A DNA stretch of 64,000 nucleotides from Pseudomonadota bacterium (GTDB lineage Bacteria; Pseudomonadota; Gammaproteobacteria; Burkholderiales; SG8-39), in NCBI GenBank assembly GCA_043805375.1, contig JAZDIA010000034.1:9916-73915 (forward strand), in the 5' to 3' direction. Below are positions 12,457-21,201 of this stretch, piece by piece (position 1 is the first letter of the stretch; each line of letters opens with the position of its first letter). The position numbers and the translations under genes are program-made. The notes under the pieces are model-generated. The model saw only the letters and a program-made list of their open reading frames with translations, searched no databases and was not told the origin of the DNA.

Positions 12457-12699
12457 TCAGGCTTTCTTGGTGTGGCTTTTGACGTAGTCGATCGCCTGTT
12501 GGACGGTGGTGATTTTTTCGGCGTCTTCGTCGGGAATTTCGGTTTCGAATTCCTCCTCCAGGGCCATGACCAGCTCGACCGTATCTAGCGAGTCGGCGCC
12601 CAGGTCATCGATGAAGGAGGACTCGTTCTTTATTTCCGCTTCGTTTACGCCCAACTGCTCGGCGACGATTTTCTTCACCCTTTGATCGACATTTTCCAT
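12457..12699 (-). CDS. acpP: acyl carrier protein
   Basis: 80 aa with [19 protein letters not shown], which contains the phosphopantetheine-attachment Ser. An aaggag RBS lies upstream. Confidence 0.95.
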   Translation of the reverse strand: MENVDQRVKKIVAEQLGVNEAEIKNESSFIDDLGADSLDTVELVMALEEEFETEIPDEDAEKITTVQQAIDYVKSHTKKA

Positions 12700-12784
12700 T
12701 TTCTACTCCTTCCTTCTTTTTTGGCTTCGGAAACAGCCCGGCATTTTAGCAAGATTAACTGCCGCGCGTTTGATAATTCCGTGC

Positions 12785-12856
12785 TCATGCCATGTACATG
12801 CCGCCATCAATATGCAGTGTGGCGCCGGTTACCAATGCGACTTGTCCTTGCAGCAT
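12785..12856 (-). pseudogene. fabG: fabG remnant: 23-codon in-frame fusion of the FabG N-terminus and C-terminus
   Basis: Minus-strand translation gives MLQGQVALVTGA|TLHIDGGMYMA*. This is the FabG start (compare E. coli MNFEGKIALVTGAS) joined directly to the FabG end (ITGETLHVNGGMYMV*). It sits exactly in the fabG slot, 2 nt after the fabD stop and about 85 nt before acpP. Confidence 0.7.
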
Positions 12857-12858
12857 GA

Positions 12859-13794
12859 TCACACCCCCTTCGATTGGCCTATGCCCTGCTCAATGCTGGC
12901 CTTGTCCAGCAGGGCAAGGGACTCCAGGCTGCCGTCATTGCGCTTGGTCATGCCCGCCAGCACTTTGCCCGGCCCACATTCGGCGACGTGGGTGATGCCC
13001 TGGGCTGCAAAAGCCTGGATGGTTTCCACCCAGCGCACCGGGTTGCAGGCCTGGCGCACCAGCGCATCCTTGATTCGCGCCGGATCGCCGTAACTTGCCA
13101 CGTCGACATTGTTGATCACCGGGACGCGCGGCGCGTTGAATGCGATGCCCCGCATGTATTGCTTCAGGCGTTCCGCGGCGGGCTGCATCAGCGCCGAATG
13201 AAAAGGCGCGCTCACCGGCAAGGGCAGCGCGCGCTTGGCGCCTTTGGCCTTGGCCGCGTCGCAGGCGCGCTTCACCGCCGCGGCATGGCCGGCGATGACT
13301 ACCTGGCCGGGCGAATTGAAGTTTACCGCCTGCACCACCTCGCCCTGCGCGGCCTCGGCGCAAGCGGCGCGCACCGCGTCTTCGTCCAGCCCCAGGATCG
13401 CGGCCATGGCGCCCTGCCCCTGCGGCACCGCTTCCTGCATCGCCCGGGCACGGAAGCGCACCAGCGGCAGCGCATCGCGAAACGGCAACACGCCCGCGGC
13501 CACCAGCGCGGTGTACTCGCCCAGGCTGTGTCCCGCAACCACCGCCGGCTCCGCGCCGCCCAGGCTGATCCAGGCGCGATAGGCTGCGTAACCGGCAATG
13601 AGCATGACCGGCTGCGTGTTGACCGTCATGTTGAGTTGCTCCGCCGGGCCTTCGGCCATCAGCTTGCCGAGGTCCTGGTCGAGCGCGTCAGAGGCCTCGG
13701 CGAGCACGTCGCGCACTGCGGCAATATCGCCGTAGGCCTGCATCATGCCCACCGACTGCGAACCCTGCCCGGGAAATACCATTGCGAGTTTCAT
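12859..13794 (-). CDS. fabD: malonyl-CoA:ACP transacylase
   Basis: 311 aa starting MVFPGQGSQ, with the active-site GHSLGEY. Confidence 0.9.
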   Translation of the reverse strand: MKLAMVFPGQGSQSVGMMQAYGDIAAVRDVLAEASDALDQDLGKLMAEGPAEQLNMTVNTQPVMLIAGYAAYRAWISLGGAEPAVVAGHSLGEYTALVAAGVLPFRDALPLVRFRARAMQEAVPQGQGAMAAILGLDEDAVRAACAEAAQGEVVQAVNFNSPGQVVIAGHAAAVKRACDAAKAKGAKRALPLPVSAPFHSALMQPAAERLKQYMRGIAFNAPRVPVINNVDVASYGDPARIKDALVRQACNPVRWVETIQAFAAQGITHVAECGPGKVLAGMTKRNDGSLESLALLDKASIEQGIGQSKGV

Positions 13795-13815
13795 CGATTC
13801 CAGTTCAATATCGGA

Positions 13816-14775
13816 TTACATTTGCACCAAGGTCGCGCCCCAGGTGAAACCGCCGCCCACGGCCTGCAGCATGACTCTGTGCCCGGGCATGATGCGGCCG
13901 TCGCGTATCGCCGCATCCAGCGCCAGCGGCACCGAGGCGGCCGACGTGTTGCCATGCGTATCCACGGTCACGATCAGCTTTTCCGGCGGCAGACCCAGCC
14001 GCTTCGCGGTCGACTCGAGGATGCGCAGATTGGCCTGGTGCGGAATCAGCCAATCGATGTCCTCAATCCGCAGGCCGCATTTTGACAGCGTTTCGCGCGC
14101 AACCTCATCAAGCACGCGCACTGCGAATTTGAACACCGCCGGGCCGTCCATGCGCAGGAACGGATCGCCGATTGCCTTGCCGCCGCAGACACTGCCGGGA
14201 ACGGACAGAATGCCGGCGTAGCTGCCGTCGGCGTGCAGGGCGCTCGCCATGATGCCGGGCTTGTCGTTCGCCCTCAGTATTACCGCCCCGGCACCGTCGC
14301 CGAACAGCACGCAGGTGCCGCGGTCGTTCCAGTCGAGGATGCGAGAAAACACTTCTGCGCCCACCACCAGGGCGCAGCGGTGCTGACCCGAGCGGATGAA
14401 CAGGTCGGCCGTGACCAGTGCATAGACGAAGCCGCTGCATACTGCCTGCACATCGAAGGCCGGGCCGCCCTTGATGCCGAGTTTGGCCTGCAGCAGGCAC
14501 GCGGTGCTGGGAAAGATGTAGTCCGGGGTCGAGGTGGCAAGGATGATTAGGTCGATTTCCTGCGCGGCGATGCCGGCGCTGGCAATGGCGGCTCTGCTCG
14601 CCTCCAGCGCAAGACTGCTCGAGGTTTCCCCCGCTTCCGCGATATGCCGCTGGCGGATGCCGGTGCGCGAGCGTATCCACTCGTCGGAGGTATCCATGCG
14701 CCGCGCCAGGTCGCCGTTGGTAACGACATTGCGCGGCAAATAGCCGCCGCTGCCGATGATTCTGGAATAGATCAC
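13816..14775 (-). CDS. fabH: 3-oxoacyl-ACP synthase III
   Basis: 319 aa with active-site Cys context [10 protein letters not shown], plus HQANLRI and GGGFTWG. Confidence 0.9.
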   Translation of the reverse strand: MIYSRIIGSGGYLPRNVVTNGDLARRMDTSDEWIRSRTGIRQRHIAEAGETSSSLALEASRAAIASAGIAAQEIDLIILATSTPDYIFPSTACLLQAKLGIKGGPAFDVQAVCSGFVYALVTADLFIRSGQHRCALVVGAEVFSRILDWNDRGTCVLFGDGAGAVILRANDKPGIMASALHADGSYAGILSVPGSVCGGKAIGDPFLRMDGPAVFKFAVRVLDEVARETLSKCGLRIEDIDWLIPHQANLRILESTAKRLGLPPEKLIVTVDTHGNTSAASVPLALDAAIRDGRIMPGHRVMLQAVGGGFTWGATLVQM

Positions 14776-15797
14776 GCCGCTTCCACAGTGTTATGGCCTG
14801 CTGCCGCCAGGCGTTGGGAAATGCGCTGCAGCACACCCTCGCGCACTTCATCGAACGCGCGCTCGATCGCGTTCTGGAACGCTAAACTGTCGGCCGAGCC
14901 GTGGCTTTTCACCACGATGCCTTTCAGGCCGAGCAGGCTGGCGCCGTTGTAGCGCCCCGGGTCCACCCGGCGCTTGAACGCGGCGAGCACGGGCACAGCC
15001 ATGATGCCGCAGAGATATGTGAACCAGTTGCGCTTGAATTCATCGGTGAGGAAAGAGCGCAGCATCTTGGCCAGGCCTTCGGCGCTCTTGAGCGCGACAT
15101 TGCCGACGAAACCGTCGCACACCACCACGTCGGTAGTCCCTTTGAAGATATCGTCGCCTTCGACGTTGCCGTAAAAATTGAGGCCGCTCGCGCGCAGCAG
15201 CTCCGCCGCCTGCTTCACCACCTCGTTGCCTTTGATTTCCTCTTCGCCGATGTTGAGCAGTCCGATGCTGGGGCGTTCCTTGTGCTGCATGGCCGACACC
15301 AGCGTGGCACCCATGATGGCGAACTGCAACAAATGTTCCGCTGTGCAATTGACGTTTGCGCCCAAGTCGAGCACGTAAACCTCGCCTTTCATGGTGGGCA
15401 ATATGCCGGCAATTGCGGGACGGTCGATTCCGGGCAGCGTCTTGAGAACGAAGCGCGAAATCGCCATTAGCGCGCCGGTGTTGCCGGCGCTGACGCAGGC
15501 GTGCGCGGTGCCGTTCTTGACCAGATTGACGGCGACGCGCATGGACGAGTCCTTTTTTCCGCGCAGTGCCGAGGCTGGTGCCTCGTCCATGCCAACTTCT
15601 TGGCTCGCATTGTGCACCAGCAAATGCGGGCCGGGCTCAGCATGGCGCGTACGCAACTCGGCCTCGATCGCGTCCCGCAGACCGACCAGAACGATGTTGC
15701 TGCGCGGATGCACATTCTGGAAACTGAGGGCAGCGGGAACGGTAACGCTGGGGCCGTGATCGCCCCCCATGCAATCGATGGCTACCGTGGTCTCCAT
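14772..15797 (-). CDS. plsX: phosphate acyltransferase PlsX
   Basis: 341 aa with [11 protein letters not shown] near the N-terminus. rpmF-plsX-fabH synteny. Confidence 0.9.
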   Translation of the reverse strand: METTVAIDCMGGDHGPSVTVPAALSFQNVHPRSNIVLVGLRDAIEAELRTRHAEPGPHLLVHNASQEVGMDEAPASALRGKKDSSMRVAVNLVKNGTAHACVSAGNTGALMAISRFVLKTLPGIDRPAIAGILPTMKGEVYVLDLGANVNCTAEHLLQFAIMGATLVSAMQHKERPSIGLLNIGEEEIKGNEVVKQAAELLRASGLNFYGNVEGDDIFKGTTDVVVCDGFVGNVALKSAEGLAKMLRSFLTDEFKRNWFTYLCGIMAVPVLAAFKRRVDPGRYNGASLLGLKGIVVKSHGSADSLAFQNAIERAFDEVREGVLQRISQRLAAAGHNTVEAA

Positions 15798-15874
15798 TTA
15801 GTTATAGCGGTAGTCAAACCGGCCTGCGGCCGCGCAAACGGGCACGCTGCCCGTTTGCAATGCGCCGGACGCGC

Positions 15875-16054
15875 CTATTCGCCCTTGGTCGCGACGATTT
15901 TCTTGCCACGATAATAGCCGCCGGGGCTGATATGGTGGCGCAGGTGAACCTCGCCCGTCGTCGGTTCGACTGCGAGGGGCGCTTGGGTGAGAAAGCTGTG
16001 CGCGCGATGCATGCCGCGTTTCGAGGGTGATTTCTTGTTCTGCTGAACCGCCAT
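15875..16054 (-). CDS. rpmF: 50S ribosomal protein L32
   Basis: Hand translation from the ATG 16052-16054 gives [59 protein letters not shown] (59 aa, too short to appear in the ORF track). An aaggag RBS lies upstream. The track's 98-aa ORF 15814-16110 is the wrong frame. Confidence 0.9.
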   Translation of the reverse strand: MAVQQNKKSPSKRGMHRAHSFLTQAPLAVEPTTGEVHLRHHISPGGYYRGKKIVATKGE

Positions 16055-16079
16055 GTGTCTATGCTCCTTACCCGTTCAA

Positions 16080-16173
16080 TTTTAGTTCCGGCATAACGCG
16101 CTTCGCGCATTAGCCTCCACCTGCCTGTACAGTTTTAGTTCCGGCATAATGCGCTTCGCGCATTAGCCTCCAC
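16080..16173. repeat. 41-nt direct duplication (1 mismatch, 53-bp period) at the yceD 3' end
   Basis: ttttagttccggcataa[c/t]gcgcttcgcgcattagcctccac occurs at 16080-16120 and 16133-16173. The second copy contains the last yceD codons (..SFSGG*). Each copy holds a short hairpin, aatgcgc-ttc-gcgcatt. Confidence 0.9.
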
Positions 16174-16654
16174 TGAAACTTCGTTTTCCGAGGGCGGCGA
16201 GCGCCTGAAAAGGCGTCGGATCGGCGCTCCCACCAGACTCTGCCGCTGCGCTGCATCGCTCGTGCTTGGGCACCATCGGCAAACCGAGCAAAACTTCGTC
16301 TTCCACCAACGCCGCAACGCTCATTTCGCGGCCGGCCACCACGCGCTCCATGTCATCCTCGTCCGCCGTGATTTCGGCCTCGCTCAAGGCCAATTCCAAC
16401 CGCGCCTCGAGATGCAGCGGCAAGTCCAGTTCGCCGAGACAACGCTGGCATTCAAGGCGCACACTGCCGTTCACGGTCAGCCTGAGCGCCGGCTTGCCGC
16501 GCTCGTTGATTTCGCCGGTCAAAACAAAATCAAGCACCGAACCCGAGCATCCGGATTGGGCGAGCCGCGGCAGGGATTCCATGCCGAGCCGCCCCTTGAG
16601 CACCGCCGCATTGCGGGCAAACGCCAAGCCATCAACGGCCGCCGGTTGCAACAT
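16163..16654 (-). CDS. yceD: YceD (DUF177) protein
   Basis: 163 aa with C..C...C..C-type pairs (ECQRCLGEL) and an acidic tail. Lies immediately upstream of rpmF, as in most bacteria. Confidence 0.8.
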   Translation of the reverse strand: MLQPAAVDGLAFARNAAVLKGRLGMESLPRLAQSGCSGSVLDFVLTGEINERGKPALRLTVNGSVRLECQRCLGELDLPLHLEARLELALSEAEITADEDDMERVVAGREMSVAALVEDEVLLGLPMVPKHERCSAAAESGGSADPTPFQALAALGKRSFSGG

Positions 16655-16791
16655 AAGGGGCGCATGATATTATTTTTACCCTCTACTGTCAAAGGAAAAA
16701 CAAAATTTTCAACACCTTGCCGAAGGTTTACGTGGTGTGGGCGCTGATCATTTCAGCGACCGCGCAAATCCGTGGTTAAATCCGGTTCCAT

Positions 16792-17379
16792 ATGCAAGCG
16801 ACGCCCCAAATCGTTCTCGCCTCGACCTCGAAATACCGCCGCGAGCTGCTCACGCGGCTGGGATTGGCGTTCGAGACGGCATCCCCGGACGTGGACGAGA
16901 TGCCGCTCCCGGATGAGGCGCCGCAGGACACGGCACGGCGACTGGCCGTAGCCAAGGCGCGGGCAGTGGCGGCGCATTTTCCCCGGGCAATCGTCATCGG
17001 ATCGGACCAGGTGGCGGTACTTGAGGGGTTGAGACTGGGCAAGCCGGGAAATCACGCCAACGCCCTGCTTCAGCTCAAGGCCATGCGCGCCAAGGAAGTG
17101 GTGTTTCACACCGCGTTGTGCGTGTACTCCGCCGCCAGCGGGCAGGCACAGACGCGAGTTGTGCCCTACTACGTGCGCTTTCGCGATTTCAGCGATGCGC
17201 AGATCGAGCATTATCTTCGGCGCGAGCAGCCCTACGACTGCGCCGGCAGCGCACGGTCCGAAGGACTGGGCATCGCACTCATCGCGGCGATGCGCGGCGA
17301 TGACCCCAACGCCCTGATCGGACTGCCGCTGATTGCGCTCACCGAAATGCTCGCCGCGCAGGGCGTGAGCGTCTTGTAA
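16792..17379 (+). CDS. maf: Maf-like nucleoside triphosphate pyrophosphatase
   Basis: 195 aa starting ...IVLASTSKYRRELLTRLGL, with GSDQV and YDCAGS, all Maf/YceF-type motifs. Confidence 0.8.
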   Translation: MQATPQIVLASTSKYRRELLTRLGLAFETASPDVDEMPLPDEAPQDTARRLAVAKARAVAAHFPRAIVIGSDQVAVLEGLRLGKPGNHANALLQLKAMRAKEVVFHTALCVYSAASGQAQTRVVPYYVRFRDFSDAQIEHYLRREQPYDCAGSARSEGLGIALIAAMRGDDPNALIGLPLIALTEMLAAQGVSVL

Positions 17380-17393
17380 ATGGCACGCTGATC

Positions 17394-18104
17394 ATGCCGG
17401 CGGGTACGCTGTTTCTCATCCCCACCACGCTCGGCGACAGCGCGCTTGCGGCAGTCATTCCGCAGGAAGTGCAGCAGCGCGTGCGCACCCTGGACTACTT
17501 CGTCGCTGAAAATCCGAAGACTGCGCGCGCCTATCTGAAGAGAATCGGCACGGTAAGACCATTGCAGCATCTGCACATCGCCAGCCTGAACGAGCATACG
17601 CCGGATGAGGCCATCGCCGGCCTGGCAGCGCCCTTGCGCGCCGGATGGGACGTGGGCGTAATGTCCGAGGCGGGTTGCCCCGGCATTGCCGACCCCGGCG
17701 CCAAACTGGTGCTGCACGCGCACCGGCACGCCATCCGGGTCGTGCCTATGGTTGGTCCGTCCTCCATTTTGCTCGCGCTTATGGCCTCCGGCCTGAACGG
17801 ACAGAGTTTCGTATTTCACGGCTATCTGCCGGTAGCGGAGGTCGAGCGGGAAAAAGCGTTGCGGGAACTGGAAAAACAGTCACGGCGACTGAAGCAGACG
17901 CAGATCTTCATTGAGACGCCGTACCGCAACCAGAAACTGCTGCACCGCATCCTTGGCGCCTGCGCGAGCGCTACCCTGCTCTGCGTGGCTGCCGATATCA
18001 CGCTTGCCGGGGAGGACATCCGCACCATGACCGTTGCGGCATGGAAAAAAAGCCCGCCCCAGCTTGATCGCCGGCCGGCCTTGTTCTTGCTGCTGGCGGC
18101 CTAA
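17394..18104 (+). CDS. SAM-dependent methyltransferase, tetrapyrrole-methylase (RsmI-like) fold
   Basis: 236 aa with GTLFLIPTTLGD near the N-terminus and SEAGCPGIADPG, as in the TP_methylase family. Confidence 0.6.
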   Translation: MPAGTLFLIPTTLGDSALAAVIPQEVQQRVRTLDYFVAENPKTARAYLKRIGTVRPLQHLHIASLNEHTPDEAIAGLAAPLRAGWDVGVMSEAGCPGIADPGAKLVLHAHRHAIRVVPMVGPSSILLALMASGLNGQSFVFHGYLPVAEVEREKALRELEKQSRRLKQTQIFIETPYRNQKLLHRILGACASATLLCVAADITLAGEDIRTMTVAAWKKSPPQLDRRPALFLLLAA

Positions 18105-18126
18105 AGGCTGTTCCCGTAACTCGAGC

Positions 18127-19074
18127 TCAGCGCAGCCGAATGCTTTCGCGCAGCGTATACTCGGCGAAGCCCTTCGCCGCAGCGGCGCCGAAGCGCCTGG
18201 CGATGCGCTCGACCGGATTGGATTTCTCGGTATAATCGAATATCGTCTCGGCCTTGACCACGTCGCGCGCCACCGATTCGACGCTGCCGAAGCCGTCCGC
18301 CAGACCCAGTTCCACGGCTTTCTGTCCGGTCCAGACCAGGCCGCTGAACAATTCCGGATTGTCCTTCAGGCGCTTGCCGCGGCCCTGCTTCACCACAGCG
18401 ATAAACTGCCGGTGAATGTCGTTCAGCATACCCAGTGCGTACTCCTTCTGCTTCGGATCCACCGGGGAAAACGGGTCCATGAAGTTTTTGTTCTCGCCCG
18501 CAGCGAGCAATCGCCGCTCCACGCCCAGCTTCTCCATGCCGCCGGCGAAGCCGAAACCGTCCATGAGTACGCCGATTGAACCGACCAGGCTCGCCTTGTT
18601 GACGTAGATCTTGTCGGCCGAGGCGGCGACGAAATAGCCGCCCGAGGCGCAAATGTCCTCAACCACCACGTACAGCGGCGTGTTGGCATAGATGCCGCGC
18701 AAGCGCCGCACCTCGTCGTTAATGATGCCCGATTGCACTGGGCTGCCGCCGGGCGAGTTGATGCGCAGAATCACCCCTTGCGTGTTCTTGTCCTTGAACG
18801 CGCGCTGCAGCGCGGCGGTGACCTTCTCGGCGCTGGCGTCGCCCTTGGCATCGATCACTCCGTCGAGTTCAATCAAAGCCGTGTGTCTGCCGTCGGCGAG
18901 AATGTCGCCGTCGCCACGCCACTCGAACACCATGACGATGAGGAACGTGATATAGGCGAAAGTCAGGAGCTTGAAGAAAATGCCCCAATAGCGCGCCCGC
19001 CGCTGCTCCTTCAACGCAGAAAATGCGAGCTTCTCCAGTACTTCGCGCTCCCAGTTCTTTTCCGATTCCGCCAT
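18127..19074 (-). CDS. sppA: S49-family signal peptide peptidase SppA (36K type)
   Basis: 315 aa with an N-terminal TM segment, INSPGGS, and the Ser context CASGGYFVA. Confidence 0.8.
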   Translation of the reverse strand: MAESEKNWEREVLEKLAFSALKEQRRARYWGIFFKLLTFAYITFLIVMVFEWRGDGDILADGRHTALIELDGVIDAKGDASAEKVTAALQRAFKDKNTQGVILRINSPGGSPVQSGIINDEVRRLRGIYANTPLYVVVEDICASGGYFVAASADKIYVNKASLVGSIGVLMDGFGFAGGMEKLGVERRLLAAGENKNFMDPFSPVDPKQKEYALGMLNDIHRQFIAVVKQGRGKRLKDNPELFSGLVWTGQKAVELGLADGFGSVESVARDVVKAETIFDYTEKSNPVERIARRFGAAAAKGFAEYTLRESIRLR

Positions 19075-19250
19075 CGCTTCAACCTTTCACTTTCATATGG
19101 ACCTTGCCATCGGCCTCGAACACATTCAAGCCCACCAGCTTCGCGCCGCCGCACGGCCCGCCGCGGCATGCACCACTGCCCGGCGCATACAGCGCGCCAT
19201 GAGCGGAGCATATCAAATACTCGCCCCGGACGGGCGTTCGCTGACTTCGC

Positions 19251-19907
19251 TCAGGCGTTCTTTGCCAGCCATGACGCCAGTTCCCGCGGCGTATCGATGC
19301 AGGCGAGTGGATGGAACGCGGTCAGACCGTCCCTGGAATGGGCGCCATAGCTCACCGCCAATGCCGGCACGCCCGCATTCACCGCCATCTGCAAGTCGTG
19401 CGCGGTATCGCCTATCATCAGCGTCGCTTCCGGCCCGATCAGCAGCTCCTGCATCAGCTCATGCAGCATCGCCGGATGCGGTTTGGAATGGGTTTCGTCG
19501 GCGCAGCGCGAAGCATCGAAGTACTGCTTCAGTTGCCTAGCCTCGAGCACGCGCTCCATGCCAGCGCGGGTTTTGCCGGTAGCCACCGCCAGCATATGCC
19601 CTTTCTGTTTCAGGACGGCCAGCATCTCGCGCATGCCCGGGAACAGTTCGAGGTCGGGGTCGCGCGCCAGATAATGATGGCGGTAGCGCTCCACCAGCCT
19701 GCCATAATCGCTTGGCGGCAGCTCGGGCACGGCATAGGCCAGCGCATCTTTCAGCCCCAGACCGATCACATGGGCGGCGCGCTCGCGCTCCGGCACCGGC
19801 AGGCCCAGATCGCGGCAGCTCTCCTGGATGCTGGCGACGATGGCCGCGGCCGAATCCATCAGCGTTCCGTCCCAGTCGAAAACCAGCAATTCAAATCGTT
19901 TTGGCAT
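19251..19907 (-). CDS. HAD-superfamily hydrolase (phosphoglycolate phosphatase-like)
   Basis: 218 aa with HAD motif I (VFDWDGTLMDS) and motif IV (MIGDTAHDLQMA). Confidence 0.75.
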   Translation of the reverse strand: MPKRFELLVFDWDGTLMDSAAAIVASIQESCRDLGLPVPERERAAHVIGLGLKDALAYAVPELPPSDYGRLVERYRHHYLARDPDLELFPGMREMLAVLKQKGHMLAVATGKTRAGMERVLEARQLKQYFDASRCADETHSKPHPAMLHELMQELLIGPEATLMIGDTAHDLQMAVNAGVPALAVSYGAHSRDGLTAFHPLACIDTPRELASWLAKNA

Positions 19908-19914
19908 CTACGTC

Positions 19915-20844
19915 CTATTCGATGGTGGATATGAAATTCTCGAGTTCGGGCGGCAGCGGCGCTTCGAGCTTCAGCCTGTCGCCGCTGAGCGGATGCACAA
20001 ATGCAAGCTTCCAGGCATGCAGGAACATGCGCTTCAAGCCTTGTTTGGCGAGACGCTTGTTCAAATCGAAGTCGCCGTACTTGTCGTCGCCCACGATCGG
20101 GAATCCTAAGTGTGCGAGGTGCACGCGAATCTGGTGCGTGCGCCCGGTCTTCAGGTGCGCCTGCAGCAGACTGTAGTCTCCGCAGGCACGCTCCAGCTCG
20201 AACACGGTGTGCGACTCCCTTCCTTCATCGGCCACGCTGACGCGGCGTTCGCCTGCGCCGGTTACATAGCGTTGCAGCTTGAGTTTCACGTGCCGCTTGC
20301 CCGAGGGCCACTTGCCTCGCACCAATACCAGATAGCGCTTGTCCATTTGCCCGCCGCGGATCAGTTCATGCATCGCCGTGAGCACCGAGCGCTTCTTGGC
20401 GAGCAGCAACAGGCCCGAGGTGTCGCGATCGAGCCGATGCACGAGTTCGATGAACTTCGCCTCGGGGCGCGCGGCGCGTAACTGCTCGATCACGCCGTAG
20501 CTGATACCGCTGCCGCCGTGCACCGCCAGGCCAGCCGGCTTGTTGGCGGCGATCAGGCCTTCGTCCTCATACAGCAGGGGGAGGTCGATTCTTGGCGGCT
20601 TAGATGGGGCCGCCTTGGCCCCCAGCCGCAAAGGCGGGATGCGCACCCGGTCGTCTTGCCGCAAGCGGTAGGTCGCGTCCACGCGAGCACTGTTGACCCG
20701 CACTTCCCCGCTTCTGAGGATGCGGTAGATATGGCTCTTGGGCACGCCTTTGCACTCGCGCAGAAGGAAATTGTCGACGCGCTGGCCCGCGGTTTCAGAG
20801 CCAATATGCACCTGTCTCACGGAAACTTTACTTAAATCCTTCAT
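19915..20844 (-). CDS. rluC: 23S rRNA pseudouridine synthase RluC
   Basis: 309 aa with an S4 domain, then the catalytic motif HRLDRDTSGLLLLAKK. Divergent from rne, as in E. coli. Confidence 0.85.
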   Translation of the reverse strand: MKDLSKVSVRQVHIGSETAGQRVDNFLLRECKGVPKSHIYRILRSGEVRVNSARVDATYRLRQDDRVRIPPLRLGAKAAPSKPPRIDLPLLYEDEGLIAANKPAGLAVHGGSGISYGVIEQLRAARPEAKFIELVHRLDRDTSGLLLLAKKRSVLTAMHELIRGGQMDKRYLVLVRGKWPSGKRHVKLKLQRYVTGAGERRVSVADEGRESHTVFELERACGDYSLLQAHLKTGRTHQIRVHLAHLGFPIVGDDKYGDFDLNKRLAKQGLKRMFLHAWKLAFVHPLSGDRLKLEAPLPPELENFISTIE

Positions 20845-21201
20845 TTTGCTTATAATGTTGCCACTGGCTCAGTCGCGGGACAGGGTTTGTTACGTCAAAA
20901 TGACATTTTCAGACCTGAACACGTCCCCGGTTTTGCGGCCCGGAAGGCCGTAACCCTGGGCAATGCGGTTAATATCGCTCACCGGAAGTAGCGAGAGTGT
21001 AATTGATTTGGCGCGCTCGAAGCAGCGGCAGATTACGACATCCGGTACGCGTACCGGAAACAAGTTCGACAGACCCAACCGATTCTCCTTCCACTTTTCT
21101 TATGCAAGGCTGGAACGCATCGCTAAGCCACTGAACGTCTAGGCCCAGGTTTGTCCTGCCCGAGGTTTGTCCTGCCCATGCGCGCGCGGGAGCAATATTT
21201 A
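20845..21201 (+). promoter_or_regulatory. rne promoter and long 5' leader region
   Basis: 357-bp gap between the divergent genes rluC and rne. A TATAAT lies near 20851-20856. In E. coli the long rne 5' UTR mediates RNase E autoregulation. I have not folded this sequence. Confidence 0.4.

Noticed and set aside
15814-16110. 98-aa minus-strand ORF from the track
   Set aside because: It is the wrong frame. The same DNA encodes a textbook 59-aa L32 ([19 protein letters not shown]...) in another frame, with its own RBS.
16080-16173. Possible CRISPR-like repeat
   Set aside because: There are only two copies, one of which overlaps the yceD coding end, and no cas genes. It is better explained as a local duplication.
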